A stretch of DNA of 36,751 nucleotides from Octopus bimaculoides (taxonomy: Eukaryota): positions 97,395,030-97,431,780 of the forward strand of contig NC_068988.1 in assembly GCF_001194135.2 (NCBI RefSeq), in the 5' to 3' direction. Below the pieces are notes generated by a model. That model ran no database searches. It worked only from the letters and a program-made list of their open reading frames with translations, and had not been told where the DNA came from. Position 1 is the first letter of the stretch. Each line of letters starts with the position of its first letter. Of this stretch, positions 11,471-24,210 are shown one piece after another. The translations under genes and the position numbers were made by a program.

Positions 11471-12034
11471 TTGCCATCGTTAATCATATCGACATTAGCA
11501 GCGAATGCGCCCTTTTTAAGTGTCTCAATTGTCCCCTCAGACATTTCAAGTGATCTGTTGGTCTTTTTGCAACAATGCTTTCGTGCACCCAGTGCAAAAT
11601 TTTGTTCAACCGGGTTCGGCGTCGCGCATGATCACCTCATGTTCTGATATTGATTGGCTATAAAGAAACAAAAGTTCCTGGAGTCATTTCAATGTTGTTG
11701 ATGTTCTTCAACACCTAGTGCAATAAAGGTTTTCAATGGCAAATACAGCCTTTGTAAAAGTTAATTATATCTCAATCATATTTGAAATGATCTAAATATT
11801 TTTTTTTCATTTGCAATGCTATTTTTGCGTACCTACTACATATATAGGTACGCAAGGGGTGACAATTTCAAAACAAAAGCTGTCGTCAGCGAATAAAAAT
11901 AAAGAACTCAGAGATACGTTAGTGAGTGCATAAACATTTCATCCGCATACTTTGTTTCATCCATGGTTCTTCGAGAACAATATATTTTGTCGGACAAACA
12001 ATTACGGATTAAATAACCATATTCATAGAAATCT

Positions 12035-12177
12035 TCCTTTACTAGTTTCAGCTCCAGAGTTGCAGCCATGCTGGAACACCGCCGTTAAAAGTGGTCAGCA
12101 AGCCTCTACGGGGAATCGATACCTGCACCTCTCAATTTCCGGTTGAGCGCTCAAACCATTAAGCTAACAGTTTCCAC
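12035..12177 (-). mobile_element. Minimal SINE: tRNA-like head joined almost directly to the family C 3' tail
   Basis: TAGCTTAATGG A box, stem-loop CTCAA-CCGGAAA-TTGAG, GGTATCGATTCCC B box, then GGCGGTGTTCCAGCATGGCTGCA...CTGAAACTAGTAAAG. Confidence 0.65.
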
Positions 12178-12224
12178 ACACATACACACACACGCACACA
12201 CACATGTATATGTCTGCATATATA

Positions 12225-12930
12225 TATATCACCTAGATTGGTTGTCTCGTGCCGAGTCGGCTCCGCTAACCTCACCATTCGCTCCATTCCCCTCGTGCTC
12301 TCGCCATTCTCTTCCACGGTTGTTCCAAATATGTTACTCACATTTTCCCACCCGATTGGAGGTCTTCCGAGTGGTCTCCTCCGCTCGACAGCTGCACCAG
12401 TCCACCGGCTGTCTGTGAGCCTTGCGTCATGACCGGTCCATCGTAGCTTTGTGTGGTGCTATTCGGCGGCGACGACGCTCTTTACTCCAGTTCTATCCCT
12501 GATCTCCTCGTTCGCCGCGTGATCTCTTAACGAGATATCCGTCATCGATCTTTCTGCGCCGTAAACAGATGTTCTTCTCTCTTCGCCAAGGCCCATTCCT
12601 TACATGCGTGAATAGCATTGCAGGCAAGACTCTGCTGTTGAAGAGATTGGAGCGAGTTGTCTAAGTTGGCCTTAAGCACATCCTTCACCAAGTTGAATTC
12701 TCTCCTAATTGCTCCTACCCTTCACGGGATCTCATTCTTCATCTCTCGAGTCATAGTCACTTTTTGACGGAGACGCTCATAGCTGCTCACCTCTCCTATT
12801 TTATCGCCTCCGTCTCTTTGGCGACCGATCGCTACGCACTCAGACCGTATGTACTTGGTTTTCGTACAGTCGATCCTCAGGCCAACCACCGAACCCCTGA
12901 AATCCAGTTCGCCCAGCATGGTCTGCAGCT
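12225..12930 (-). mobile_element. 5'-truncated, degenerate RTE-clade LINE (RT C-terminus and 3' end)
   Basis: LQTMLGELDFRGSVVGLRIDCTKTKY...IGEVSSYERLRQKVTM..EMKNEI, then ACKEWALAKREEHLFTAQRKI, matching the RTE L..VGLxINxxKTK / EVxxYxYLG / xxLFxAQRxxE pattern. Several stops and frameshifts. Confidence 0.8.
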
Positions 12931-12931
12931 G

Positions 12932-13023
<92 letters not shown>

Positions 13024-13330
13024 AATGCTATATAGATATGTGGGTGTGCGGTGTAATTACTTCATGCTCTTATACAGTGTTGTTGATGTTGTATCTAGAG
13101 TTTTATCCTGCAGCACATCACAACATCGAAACGGAACAATATTGATGTGTCAGTAATTTATAAAATATGGAATAATTTCTGATTGAAGCAATACGTTTCA
13201 GATTTCTTTAGCAGCGAATAATCAGTTTCATCGATTAAATCGAATTCAATACGTTTGAGCGATCCCAGAGTAACGTAAAGCACACTTGACTTATATATAA
13301 TTTTCAGCATAAAGTATGGAATAAATAAAT

Positions 13331-13505
13331 GTACGCAAGGTATAGCCGTGTGACGAGAAGTTTACTTCCCAACCACATGGTTCCAGGTTCAGTCCCATTA
13401 TGCACCACCTTGGGCAAGTATCTTCTACTATTCTTCTATAACCACGGGCCGACCAAAGCCTTGTAAGTGGATCTGGCAGACGGAAACGGAAAGAAACCCG
13501 TCATG

Positions 13506-13560
<55 letters not shown>

Positions 13561-13790
13561 TCCCCACTACAGCTTTACAATCGGTGTTGGTGTACTTATG
13601 TCCCCGTAAACTAACGGTTTAGCAAAACAGCTAGTTTACGGGGACATAAGCACACCAACAGTGACCGGGCTTAAAAAGTAAGTACTGGGGTCGATTCGTT
13701 CGACTAGAACTCTTTAGGGTGGTACCCAGTATGGCTGCATTCTAATGATTGAAACAAGTTAAAAACTAGAATATAAAAGAACTAAACAAA
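13331..13790 (+). mobile_element. Family C SINE, near full length, with internal (TA)n(TG)n
   Basis: Head CCAACCACATGGTTCCAGGTTCAGTCCCA...GGGCCGACCAAAGCCTTGTAAGTGGAT...GAAAGAAACCCGTC, microsatellite about 13505-13560, tail GGGGTCGATTCGTTCGACT...CCCAGTATGGCTGCATTCTAATGATTGAAACAAG. Confidence 0.85.
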
Positions 13791-14289
13791 TATTGCAAAG
13801 TATCAAGCAGTCGAGCGATCTCCCGATTCTGCCAAAATCCTGCACCGTTTTGTCATTCGTGAAATAATGAATAAAAAAAATAAATCTGAAATTATGAATG
13901 TAAAATGTGTGTAGAGTTAAGATGTCATTGTTTATCCAGGTTGTGAGGAAATTAGGGGAGGTAAGCAGAGTTGTTTATGTATTTTCGTTCGCCTACTTTT
14001 TATCGCTTTCCTTTATTTTCATTGGAGATACGGAAGGGAAAGATTTAATATCATCTGATGGCACCAGCGGCAAAAATTAATCGAGCGACAACGATTTATT
14101 AGTTGTATATTTATATTTACATAGACAATATGTGTATGTGTGTCCGAGCGCGCGCGTGTTTTTGATTGTATGAATTTGTGTCTGAAGAAAATAAATGTAA
14201 ATAGATTTTCGTCGGCGTCGACAATGGTAATTCTTAACGTTCGATCACTTAAATCACGTACTGATCGAATTATGTTGTAAGTAGTTGAC

Positions 14290-14390
14290 ACAGCACTGGG
14301 GTCGATTTGTTCGATTAAAATTCTGGAAGGCGGCGCCCCAGCATGGCCGCAGTCTAATGTTTGAAACCAGTAAACAGCAAAAAGTAAAAG
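14290..14390 (+). mobile_element. 3' fragment of a family C SINE
   Basis: CTGGGGTCGATTTGTTCGATTAAA...GGCGGCGCCCCAGCATGGCCGCAGTCTAATGTTTGAAACCAGTAAA. Confidence 0.75.
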
Positions 14391-15000
14391 GTGATATCCA
14401 TACAGGCATATATACATATATATATACATACATACACACACATATATAGATATATATTTATATATAGACAAATATATGAATATGTTGTTGTCAAAGATAT
14501 CGGTATGGTTACCACTCATTACGGATGCTAGCGATAAGGAAACGATTGTGTGGTGTGTAACGGATGGCAAGGCAAGAAGATATACGAAGATCATCGCAGC
14601 AGCTAACGTGTGTATGTATCGCCAACTGAATTACTACGACAGTTATGTATTGTTTCTCCGGCAAACGTTGTCTGTTGCCCGAATGGACCAGATGAGCATT
14701 CTATGGTTATTTTACTCCAGTCAGTGTACCGAAATAATTCCTAAAAACATAGAAGGTGGTTTATTATCATAATAATCTAGAAATAGATTGACTTCAAAAT
14801 TGAAACATGCAAAATGATTGATGCTTTTAACCTCACTTAGCAATNNNNNNNNNNNNNNNNNNNNNNNNNNNNNNNNNNNNNNNNNNNNNNNNNNNNNNNN
14901 NNNNNNNNNNNNNNNNNNNNNNNNNNNNNNNNNNNNNNNNNNNNNNNNNNNNNNNNNNNNNNNNNNNNNNNNNNNNNNNNNNNNNNNNNNNNNNNNNNNN

Positions 15001-15088
15001 AGGGGTGTATGAAAAGTTTTGAGCCTTGAAGTCTTGTACCATGTTTTTTGTTTTGTTTTTGAGGCTCAAAACTTTTCATACACCCCTC

Positions 15089-15090
<2 letters not shown>
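15001..15090. mobile_element. About 90-bp mariner-type MITE (MADE-like); left tip lost in the gap
   Basis: AGGGGTGTATGAAAAGTTTTGAGCCT (15001-15026) is the perfect reverse complement of 15062-15087, with a 35-nt spacer. The right end reads ACGAGGGGTGTATGAAAAGT, like the mariner TIR consensus TACGAGGG...AAAAGT. Confidence 0.8.
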
Positions 15091-15122
<32 letters not shown>

Positions 15123-16639
15123 CATGCATACACACAACACACACACACACACACATATGAAAGTACACAGAGAGAGAGGAACGTATATATATCTAAAGTG
15201 GTCTTCACTGCAACTTGGATGTGCCGAAAGCTTTCTCTCTCCAACACCGCCATCGCCACAGAAGACCCTTTTCCGGCCATATTGTCTTAGTTGTGTATTT
15301 GTTATTTCCCTGCATAGATGCAATGTTGTCGTCGCCTGTCAGAAATCAAAGCAGCTGATATTTCTGCCTCTCTATCTTTTGAGGGCTCCTTGTAATTTGT
15401 TTCGTTTTGTTTGGGGTTACATTAAAGAAACCACGTGGCCCCCACCTCTCTCTCTCATGTATTTTCTTGCAAAAGACATACTTTGCTACTTTGAGCCATA
15501 AAGGGATCAATTAATTTGTTTTCTTTTGTTATTTTTTTAATATTTATTATTTTACAGAGAAGCCATACTTTGGGAGTCGTGAAATGAGTTTTAAAGCAAA
15601 AAAAAAAAAAAACCTTAAAGAACGGAAGAATTAAAGAGAGAAAGAAGTGAAAGTAAATTTCAGAGAGCAAGGAAGATGTGTGTTGCGGCTGAGATAATGA
15701 AGACAAGAAAAGCCATAAGTGAGACATGTAGAGAAAGAGAGAAACTGAGAGAGATAGAAAACAGTAGATGTGGTTCGAGTTAGACGAGAGTGTGTGCATG
15801 TGTGCGTACATACACTCACTCATACACACACGCACATGCACACGTAAACGCGTGCATATGTGTGCGCACACATATATAGTCTCCGATAGTATGCACCGCA
15901 ATATTTATTTCAAGTCTCTCTGAGTTAAAATCCTAAATCCATTTGTCATCTTTGCCATTCCTCACTTCATTCGAGTTGGTTAGATAAACTACCAATCACC
16001 AGTCCAATGCTGATGTAGTCGTTTCTCCCTCCACTGTCACATCCTGGGGTCAAGTGAGGCAGGAGCCATATTGCAATTCTTTCACTCTTCACCCAAAATG
16101 TGACTTTGGAAAGAGTAAGTGCAAACACTTACCTGAGCAAATTTATAATATTCAACAAAATTTGCCGTACAATACTGTATTTTTACTGACCATACATCAT
16201 TAGAATATAACACCTTATTATAGCGATAATAATAATATCAATGATGTTCCATGTTTGTGTCATCTAATGCCGTACTATTCTCTAAGATACACAAGGTTTC
16301 CTGTAAGAATTTTTCCATTAGGTAATACAAGACTCCTACATACACATTCGCCCTATCTAAGAAGCCGAATAACGTACGAATTGAGAACACTCGTTAAATA
16401 TTATAATCTTTAGCTCCTCAAACAAACAGACACAGAACAAACGTTCATACATACAAAATACATATAATACATGCATATGCATATTTTGCACATGTGATCA
16501 GAACAAACCTTGCGGGACATTCCCAATAAGTGTCATATGGAGGTTGCGACACTTTCTATATCCACCGCTTCTTTTCATGAATGTACACATACTAATTTAA
16601 CAGTTAATTATACAGCGTAGTTAGTTAGTTCAAAATTAC

Positions 16640-16890
16640 CGACACGTGTTCCAGCTGCATAGAGTGTGTGCAGTTACGTATGCAACCCACAATATTTTGC
16701 CATATACCGTCATTCAGGGTCCTTCCACTAGCGTGGTCCACTTCGAGCCACACGTCAACTGTCCAAGAGATCGCAAACAACATAAGTTGAGGTGCTTGAC
16801 TCAAGAATACCATGCACCACGCGGTCAAAGACTGAAATTGCCATCTAGTGATCTCGAGAGCAACACCCTAACCGCTGGGCCATACACCCT
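16640..16890 (-). mobile_element. Degenerate tRNA-headed SINE related to the copy at 28228
   Basis: Minus strand GTGAAGGGTGTATGGCCCAGCGGTTAGGGTGTTGC...TTCTTGAGTCAAGCACCT. Confidence 0.55.
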
Positions 16891-16903
16891 TCACACACAT
16901 ACA

Positions 16904-16955
<52 letters not shown>

Positions 16956-16956
<1 letters not shown>

Positions 16957-17470
16957 GATGACACTGGAAAAACCAAATGTTACGTAATGAATTTCATTAG
17001 CCTACAGCTGTTCCTGCTATAAGATGCGGTGGACTCTTAGTTGAGTACCATAGGATCCTATAGCTGCATGAGACCACTTTATTTGGGAAAATTACATTTT
17101 CAAAACCTACAGGCGTTGCGAGTGAGAAAATTTATGTTGATCGTTGTGGAAAGTTCGATGCCAAGTAAGAAAAAAGTATGCGAATATACGCATCTGCATA
17201 AACTTTCTCACTCATAATGCCAGTGTGTTCTGGAACTTTCTCAAATAAACTGCACTTCCTATTCAAGGCTCTGAGCAAGCTATGTTTATCTTCGTAGTTC
17301 ACAAAGAGTCCACCACATCTTACAGCAGAAACAGTTGTAAGCTAATGACGGTCATTGCATAACATTTGGTTTTTCCAGTGTCATCTCTTTGTTTTCTATT
17401 ACCATTCTATACTCATATAATATTGCATTCTGGGACCATACGCATAATGAATTCTACACCAGGTTATTAG
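16956..17470. mobile_element. Non-autonomous DNA element with long TIRs; left TIR truncated
   Basis: AGATGACACTGGAAAAACCAAATGTTA (16956-16982) is the perfect reverse complement of 17360-17386. The sequence beyond 17386 matches, inverted, the region upstream of a second copy at about 32885-32990. Confidence 0.7.
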
Positions 17471-18934
17471 TCTCACTATGCTTAAGTGACATATTAATTC
17501 CTTCAACTCAGTATACACGCACCACGCATACTCCCACATCCACACAAGCACATTATACCTAAACACAGACAATATATACATACAGACGCAACACTCATTA
17601 ACACATGCAACACACATAGACAAAGATAACTTTCACCCACACATATACACGATACACATATACACCTGTACACACACCACATGAAAAAGCAGACATCAGC
17701 TGCTACACACACCCACATACACTCACACACGTCAGTCACTCGCCCCAATTCACACTTACACACCTACACACCATTCTCACATGCACACCTCTTGTTGGGA
17801 TCACTAGCACTACTATTATCTCCCTTTCTTATAACCGCTTTTTTCCAATCCTTCGCCATGCTGGACCGCCGAACTCTACACGTTTTTTTCATTCTCTCTC
17901 TATTTTTTATTTCCTCTTCTTTTCTGTTGAAGAACATAAGCTCGAACCGCAGACGACTTTCATTTTTCCCCAGCGACAAACTAATACACTTGTCTGTTGT
18001 TCATACACCTCTATTCGTCTTTTGCTTTTCTATAAATTTCAACTATATATGTAGAGAGAGAGGAGGGGGGAGAGGAGAAAAGAAGTGGGGGAGACAGCGA
18101 CACATATATCATTAAGGCATGGATAGTTTTTGATAGATACATAAACAGACAGAATTTTCCCATTTCTCCCATTTTAGCACGTCAACAATAAAAATAAAAA
18201 GTGAAAGAGAGAAAAATGGAAGAAAGGCGGCGAAGAAGACAGGCCTAAGAAATCAACGAGTTGAACTTTAAAAGAAGACGACCAACTCCAAAGAGACAAC
18301 AAACGAACAGTTGCAGGCTGCTTGTATAGCTTCACACATTAAGATATACAGCAAACAGAACTTCATTCATTTCTCTCTTACCTTTTGTATCATGATGATG
18401 TTTGTTTTACGTTTCAAGTCTTGATCCTCCTCCAGCAATCCTATAAACTCTTCACAAAAATCTGCATGTTTTATTGTAATCCGCAAAATTGTCTTTCAGT
18501 TTTCGCGAATTTTATTTTATACATCTATGAATTTATTTTAGCTATTGTTTAAGTTTACTTGTTTTGTGCTTGGTTCTAGTTTGGGGGGGAGGGGGGAAAG
18601 CTCGACGTCTGAGTGTGTTTTGTTTATTGTCTTAAAGTTGATAATTTTTGAAATTTTTCTTTTTTCTTTGGATTCGTGGCATTTTATTGTTTTATTTAAG
18701 CGCGTATTTATATGTGTATATGTTTATGTATAGAAAGAGCACAAAAGTATGTAACAATTTTTAGTCTAAATTTATGCACTAAAGGGAAACTTCGCATTTT
18801 GTTTATACGCATATGTGCGCGCACATACACACACACACAAACACATGTTTCTCAACATACTGTGTGTACAAATACATACATATTTATATATATGCCTCCA
18901 TATATAATCATACACATATATGTATGTAATTATA

Positions 18935-18970
<36 letters not shown>

Positions 18971-18973
<3 letters not shown>

Positions 18974-19202
18974 TGCAGGAGTGGCTCTGGTAAGTAGCTT
19001 GCTTACCAACCACATGGTTCCGGGTTCCATCCTACTGCGTGGCACCTTGGGCAAGTGCCTTCTACTATATCCTCGGGTCGACCAAAGCGTTGTGAGTGGA
19101 TTTGGTAGACAGAAACTGAAAGAAGCCAGTCGTATATATATATATATATATTTATGTGTGTATATATATATTTGTGTGCGTGTGTGTGTGCGTGTGCGTG
19201 TG
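18971..19202 (+). mobile_element. Family C SINE, 5' half, running into the gap at its internal microsatellite
   Basis: GGTGCAGGAGTGGCTCTGGTAAGTAGCTTGCTTACCAACCACATGGTTCCGGGTTCCATCC...GAAACTGAAAGAAGCCAGTCG then (TA)n(TG)n and the N-gap at 19203. Confidence 0.9.
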
Positions 19203-20726
19203 NNNNNNNNNNNNNNNNNNNNNNNNNNNNNNNNNNNNNNNNNNNNNNNNNNNNNNNNNNNNNNNNNNNNNNNNNNNNNNNNNNNNNNNNNNNNNNNNNN
19301 NNNNNNNNNNNNNNNNNNNNNNNNNNNNNNNNNNNNNNNNNNNNNNNNNNNNNNNNNNNNNNNNNNNNNNNNNNNNNNNNNNNNNNNNNNNNNNNNNNNN
19401 NNNNNNNNNNNNNNNNNNNNNNNNNNNNNNNNNNNNNNNNNNNNNNNNNNNNNNNNNNNNNNNNNNNNNNNNNNNNNNNNNNNNNNNNNNNNNNNNNNNN
19501 NNNNNNNNNNNNNNNNNNNNNNNNNNNNNNNNNNNNNNNNNNNNNNNNNNNNNNNNNNNNNNNNNNNNNNNNNNNNNNNNNNNNNNNNNNNNNNNNNNNN
19601 NNNNNNNNNNNNNNNNNNNNNNNNNNNNNNNNNNNNNNNNNNNNNNNNNNNNNNNNNNNNNNNNNNNNNNNNNNNNNNNNNNNNNNNNNNNNNNNNNNNN
19701 NNNNNNNNNNNNNNNNNNNNNNNNNNNNNNNNNNNNNNNNNNNNNNNNNNNNNNNNNNNNNNNNNNNNNNNNNNNNNNNNNNNNNNNNNNNNNNNNNNNN
19801 NNNNNNNNNNNNNNNNNNNNNNNNNNNNNNNNNNNNNNNNNNNNNNNNNNNNNNNNNNNNNNNNNNNNNNNNNNNNNNNNNNNNNNNNNNNNNNNNNNNN
19901 NNNNNNNNNNNNNNNNNNGAAAACATGCAATGTATTTTCATATATTTTTTATTGCATAATTTTTAAATATACTTCCTGTTTTATCCTTAGTCTCAAATTC
20001 CTCACACGTCGTGGGTTGTCAATTTCAATTTCTAAATTCTCCTCTTCGCGATGACAATATGGTTGGAAAAATTGGTGTAGTAAGTCTGGAATGACAAACA
20101 AATAATCAATATGTTTACAGATAATTGTATCTTTTTGTGTGACTTCCACTGGTTTTGCCCGTTTTACGTTTTTGTTGCTTCGCTAAATTCCCTTCGAGAA
20201 TTATTCGGTCTTAGTAGACACATGACATGTGATCTTCTTCTAGCACATTAGCAGTCCACCTAGTGGCCTCCTTTATATATATTCTTATATAAACATATAC
20301 ATATATATACTTAGGTCCTGGTATGACATAAAGTTAGTGTATTTCTAAGGAAGCACTAAACCTGAGTTCTGGGCTATCTTCGTTGTCGAATTCCAGACTA
20401 ATACCTAAATTTTAAAAGTAGAAAATCCTAGTTTCCCAACGACAAAACCGTTGTGTGAGTGTAACGAAGAGTAAACTGTAGTCCAAATAACTTTTCGATT
20501 CTTCCCGATATAGGCAAAAAAAGAAAGAAAAAAGAAAGAAACAAAAAGCAATATCTGGAAGACGCACAATGTGAGAGCGCACTTTTGATGCATGTTTGAT
20601 GAAGTGGCACTCCAATGTCTTAAACTTCAAACAATACGTAAACTTTCACTTCGAATATTGCGTACAGAAACAATTGTAACGGATCATTAAAAGTGTGTTA
20701 AAAGATTTCTTTCTCCTATTATTTGG

Positions 20727-20772
<46 letters not shown>

Positions 20773-20925
20773 CATAAGTATGTGTGACAGCAACATAGCG
20801 TTAAATCATAAGATTGCAGATAGCAATAACAGGTACAGACACAACATATGTGCAACAGTAATACAATTCTTTTCAGAGTTTTCGCTAGGTTACTGCAATG
20901 GTGTGTGTGTGTGTGTGTGTGTGTG

Positions 20926-21740
20926 TGTAAGCAGTGCAGAGCAACTCGTTGCACTCTGAACTATATTTTGACCGGAAGTCCTCGGGCACCGGGAGAAGGC
21001 CGATACAAGTGGACACATGACAAGATTCTTGCAGAAATTGGCGAGTGGACTGATCTGCAAAGGGTGAAAGATAAGCCCCAGCCGCCGCCACCAGAGGATA
21101 TCAAAGTCGTAGAGCAACGTGGAAAAGTTCTCGAGGCGAAGATGGAAAGAGACACATTGCTTGATTTGTGTTTAGTCTGAGACTGAATGATGCAAGTGGA
21201 CCTTAGAGCAGAATTGTCTTTCCAGGAGAGAGAGAGGCAACATTTCTCCGACCAGACATATTCCTGTTGCTCAAGAATACAAAAACAGTTATCGCGGTCG
21301 AGCTCACGATGCCTTGGCTCGATAAAGAAATCGAAATATCAGGACTTAGTCGACGAGGCCCTTATCAAGGGTTGGCACAGGGCCTCATTCCTCATTGAAG
21401 TCGGCCGCCGCGGTTTTCTGCCTCGGTCAGTGTGCTATTTACTGCAGAAGATAGGAACCCAAACAACTGAAGAAAACCATCGAGTCACGGTAGCTGAAAC
21501 TGGATCAAAATGGCTATGGTTGATAAAAGTCCACAAGTGGTACTCTTCAGTTGGCGAAGACTAGTTCAGTCCTTGCTGCATAACTCAGAGGAAGCTCACA
21601 GGATAAGGGGAGAAAAGCTTGTAAGCCTGAGATGTCTGCTGATAAAACAGGGTTTCCAGCTTTGCAATAAGATTAGAAGGGCTTGAAAAACCCCTGAGTA
21701 GATCCTGGTGTTTCTGCGAGCGACAAAGCATCATTAATAT
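20926..21740 (+). mobile_element. 5'-truncated HERO-like (R2-group) non-LTR retrotransposon end: degenerate CCHC finger, restriction-like endonuclease and 3' UTR
   Basis: CKQC...TLNYILTGS..APGEGRYKWTHDKILAEI, then MQVDLRAELSF..., KKSKYQDLVDEALIKGW..SFLIEVGRRGFLPRSV..LLQKIG..AETGSKWLW. This matches the GRYxWRHDxVL / KxxKYxxL / PIEVGxRGF / xWLW pattern of HERO-clade ORFs. Frameshifted. Confidence 0.75.
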
Positions 21741-21906
21741 TTATTTTACCTTTTCATACAGACATTTATATAAATATACATATATACATATACACAAACA
21801 GACATACATACGTGTGTGGGGAGGGGGTGCGAATTTATCAATAATCAATATACGGTCAGTGACTGATTTTAATTTGATGATGTTGTAAATGAATGATCTG
21901 TGAATT

Positions 21907-21944
<38 letters not shown>

Positions 21945-22259
21945 TATATTATGTATGTATGTATGAATTCTACTTCTAGGTGGAATATTGTTACAATAAT
22001 GTTCGTTATATTCAAAGAAAGGAAGAATTTCCATTTGATAAATGTGATGAGAACAGCAGAGGGTGAGTATATGTATGTATGTGAGAATGTATGTAGAAAG
22101 GTCAAGATTTCATGCCATCAGACTAGATAATTGCGTCAGAAGAATAGAATACAGTGAATAGACTGTTCAAGACAAAATCAATATGAAAACTCATCTACAA
22201 CAATAAAAGAAGAAAATATAAAAGACGGCAGAATGATGAGGTAAGCAGATCGACAACCA

Positions 22260-23230
22260 GGCTGACTGTCTGACAGATTCAAATGGATAGATAGATAGAT
22301 AGATAGTTAGATAGACAGTCAGGCAGACTCTAACGCATGCTCACAAATGGATACTGAGACAGACATACTGACAAACTGGCAAACAAGCTCATGGAGAGAG
22401 AGCGGGGAGAGAAGAATGAAGTAAAGCAATCAGATAGTAATGAGATATGTAAAATGAATGAGACGGAGAGTAAGTTAGTTATAATTCGAGATAAGGGAGA
22501 GATAGAGGGTCAGTTCTAAAAGATGGAATTAGAGTAAGGAAGATTAAAAGGCGGCTTCTATAGAGATGATGGGAAATGTAAACGATAAATATGTTGACTC
22601 TAGAAAGAAACAAGTGAAGTTAATAGACAGGTATGGAGAAAAGGGAAGAAAATGTGAGATTAAGTTGAGTATGATGAAGATAGAAATATTGGTAATATTC
22701 GAGAAAGAATAAAATGTAGATGAAACAAATAACATAAACTGAGAGATGTAATCAATTGATGATAATTAGAAAAACAGTGATCCACAATTGAGTAACAGAG
22801 AAGTAAAAACGTAGAAATTTCAGGAGGAAGACAAAAGGACCAACCAGTAAATGACAGTGAAGTAAGAGAGCAAGAAAAAGGGAGTGAGTCAAATGTTTAC
22901 AAGAAAGCAGAAAAATAGGTAGATCAATCGATAGATTAGGTGAGGGATTTCAAGACGAAGCAGACAGATAAGTAGCTAGGTAGGTACATAGGCAGACAGA
23001 TTGGCCGATAGACAGACGGAAAAACTGACAGATACATAGATAGATAGATAGATAGACAGCATCGCAGCCAGATTGGCAGTCATATAGGTAGGTAGATGGA
23101 AAGATAGATAGACGACAGACAAGCAAGCAGATAGCTAGGTAGATAGATAGATATAGACCAAAAAGAAAGGCAATGAGAGAGGCTGACAGATATGTGAGTG
23201 AATGTGTAGGTCGGTAGGTTGACAGAGAAA
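22260..23230. repeat. Degenerate (GATA)n/(GACA)n purine-rich low-complexity region
   Basis: Directly visible tetranucleotide runs interspersed with GA-rich sequence. Confidence 0.8.
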
Positions 23231-24151
23231 AAGAGTCATGCATATATTTAGATATTTCTTTGATTTAATGTTAATGTGTGATTACGAGTTTGTGTATCTG
23301 CGCCCGCATATATGCACGTATATGTGTTTATTAATGTGTATAAATATGCGACTGTATGTATGTGTGTGTGTGTGTGTGTCTGTGCGTGTGCATGCGAGCA
23401 CACCTCCACGCCTGGCCACTTGTGTTCTCTTGTGAGTATATGGGAATAAGTATGCGTGTACCTACATGCGCGTTTGTGTAATTGTGTTCATGTTTATGTA
23501 TGTGTGCGGAATGTTTGTGAGGGGATATATATGTGTGTATACGTCCATGTGTATTTGTATGTGTGTGTATAAGTGCGTGCGCTATTTAGTACTGATTTTA
23601 CGAGTGCTATTATTTATTACGATCGCCTGTTTTTCATTGTTATGATAATTTGGTGCGATAAGACCACAAGGACAGCGACGGCGGAGAAGAAGAAGAAGAA
23701 GAAGAAGAAGAAGAAGAAGAAAGGGAAGAATTATATTGAGGTTGAGATGCTAAGGTGGTCGGCTTTTGTGCGTTTTATATGTTGTAAACTTTGGCCACAA
23801 GTGTGCCCGAGATAAAGACCAAGACAGGCATCAGTTTTATCCAACAAACATTAAACAACACAGCATCATTTGATGTTAGCGTTGTTCAATAAGATGGAAC
23901 ATGGCGAAACAAAAAGACCAGATGATGATAATACTAATGGGAATATACATACATACTACACACACACTCACACACACACACACACACACACGTTTATCGA
24001 TCTCATTGTTACAAGCAATAGCCATCGGATTTATTGTTGTTGTTATTATTAGTATTATTTTAATCATCATTATAATTTCATGATGAAAGTTAATGATGTC
24101 GAAGATGGCAGCGACGATAATGAGAAACCCCTCGTCGACGATGGTTTGAGA

Positions 24152-24210
24152 GAGGAGGGGGTGAAGGAGGAGGAGGTGAAGGAGGAGGGGGTGAAGGAGG
24201 AGGGGTAGAA
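24152..24210. repeat. 15-bp G-rich tandem repeat (GAGGAGGGGGTGAAG), about 3.7 copies
   Basis: Units start at 24152, 24167, 24182 and 24197. Confidence 0.85.

Noticed and set aside
11850-11900. Minus-strand CTGACGA...GAAA
   Set aside because: Stem II is weak and stem I cannot form. Similar chance core matches inside LINE ORFs (about 6323, 12874, 21467) were also rejected.
15190-15335. Possible minus-strand exon (DDNIASMQGNNKYTTKTIWPEKGLLWRWRCWREKAFGTSKLQ*)
   Set aside because: The acceptor is plausible, but two frames are open, there is no convincing donor and no recognisable homology.
18908-20054. ORFs of 267-357 aa
   Set aside because: Almost entirely X residues from the N-gap; the same applies to ORFs at 14818-15079, 34041-34381 and 35082-35977.
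20255-20272. CTCF-like motif (minus strand GGCCACTAGGTGGACTG)
   Set aside because: A single imperfect match; cannot be distinguished from chance without ChIP or conservation data.
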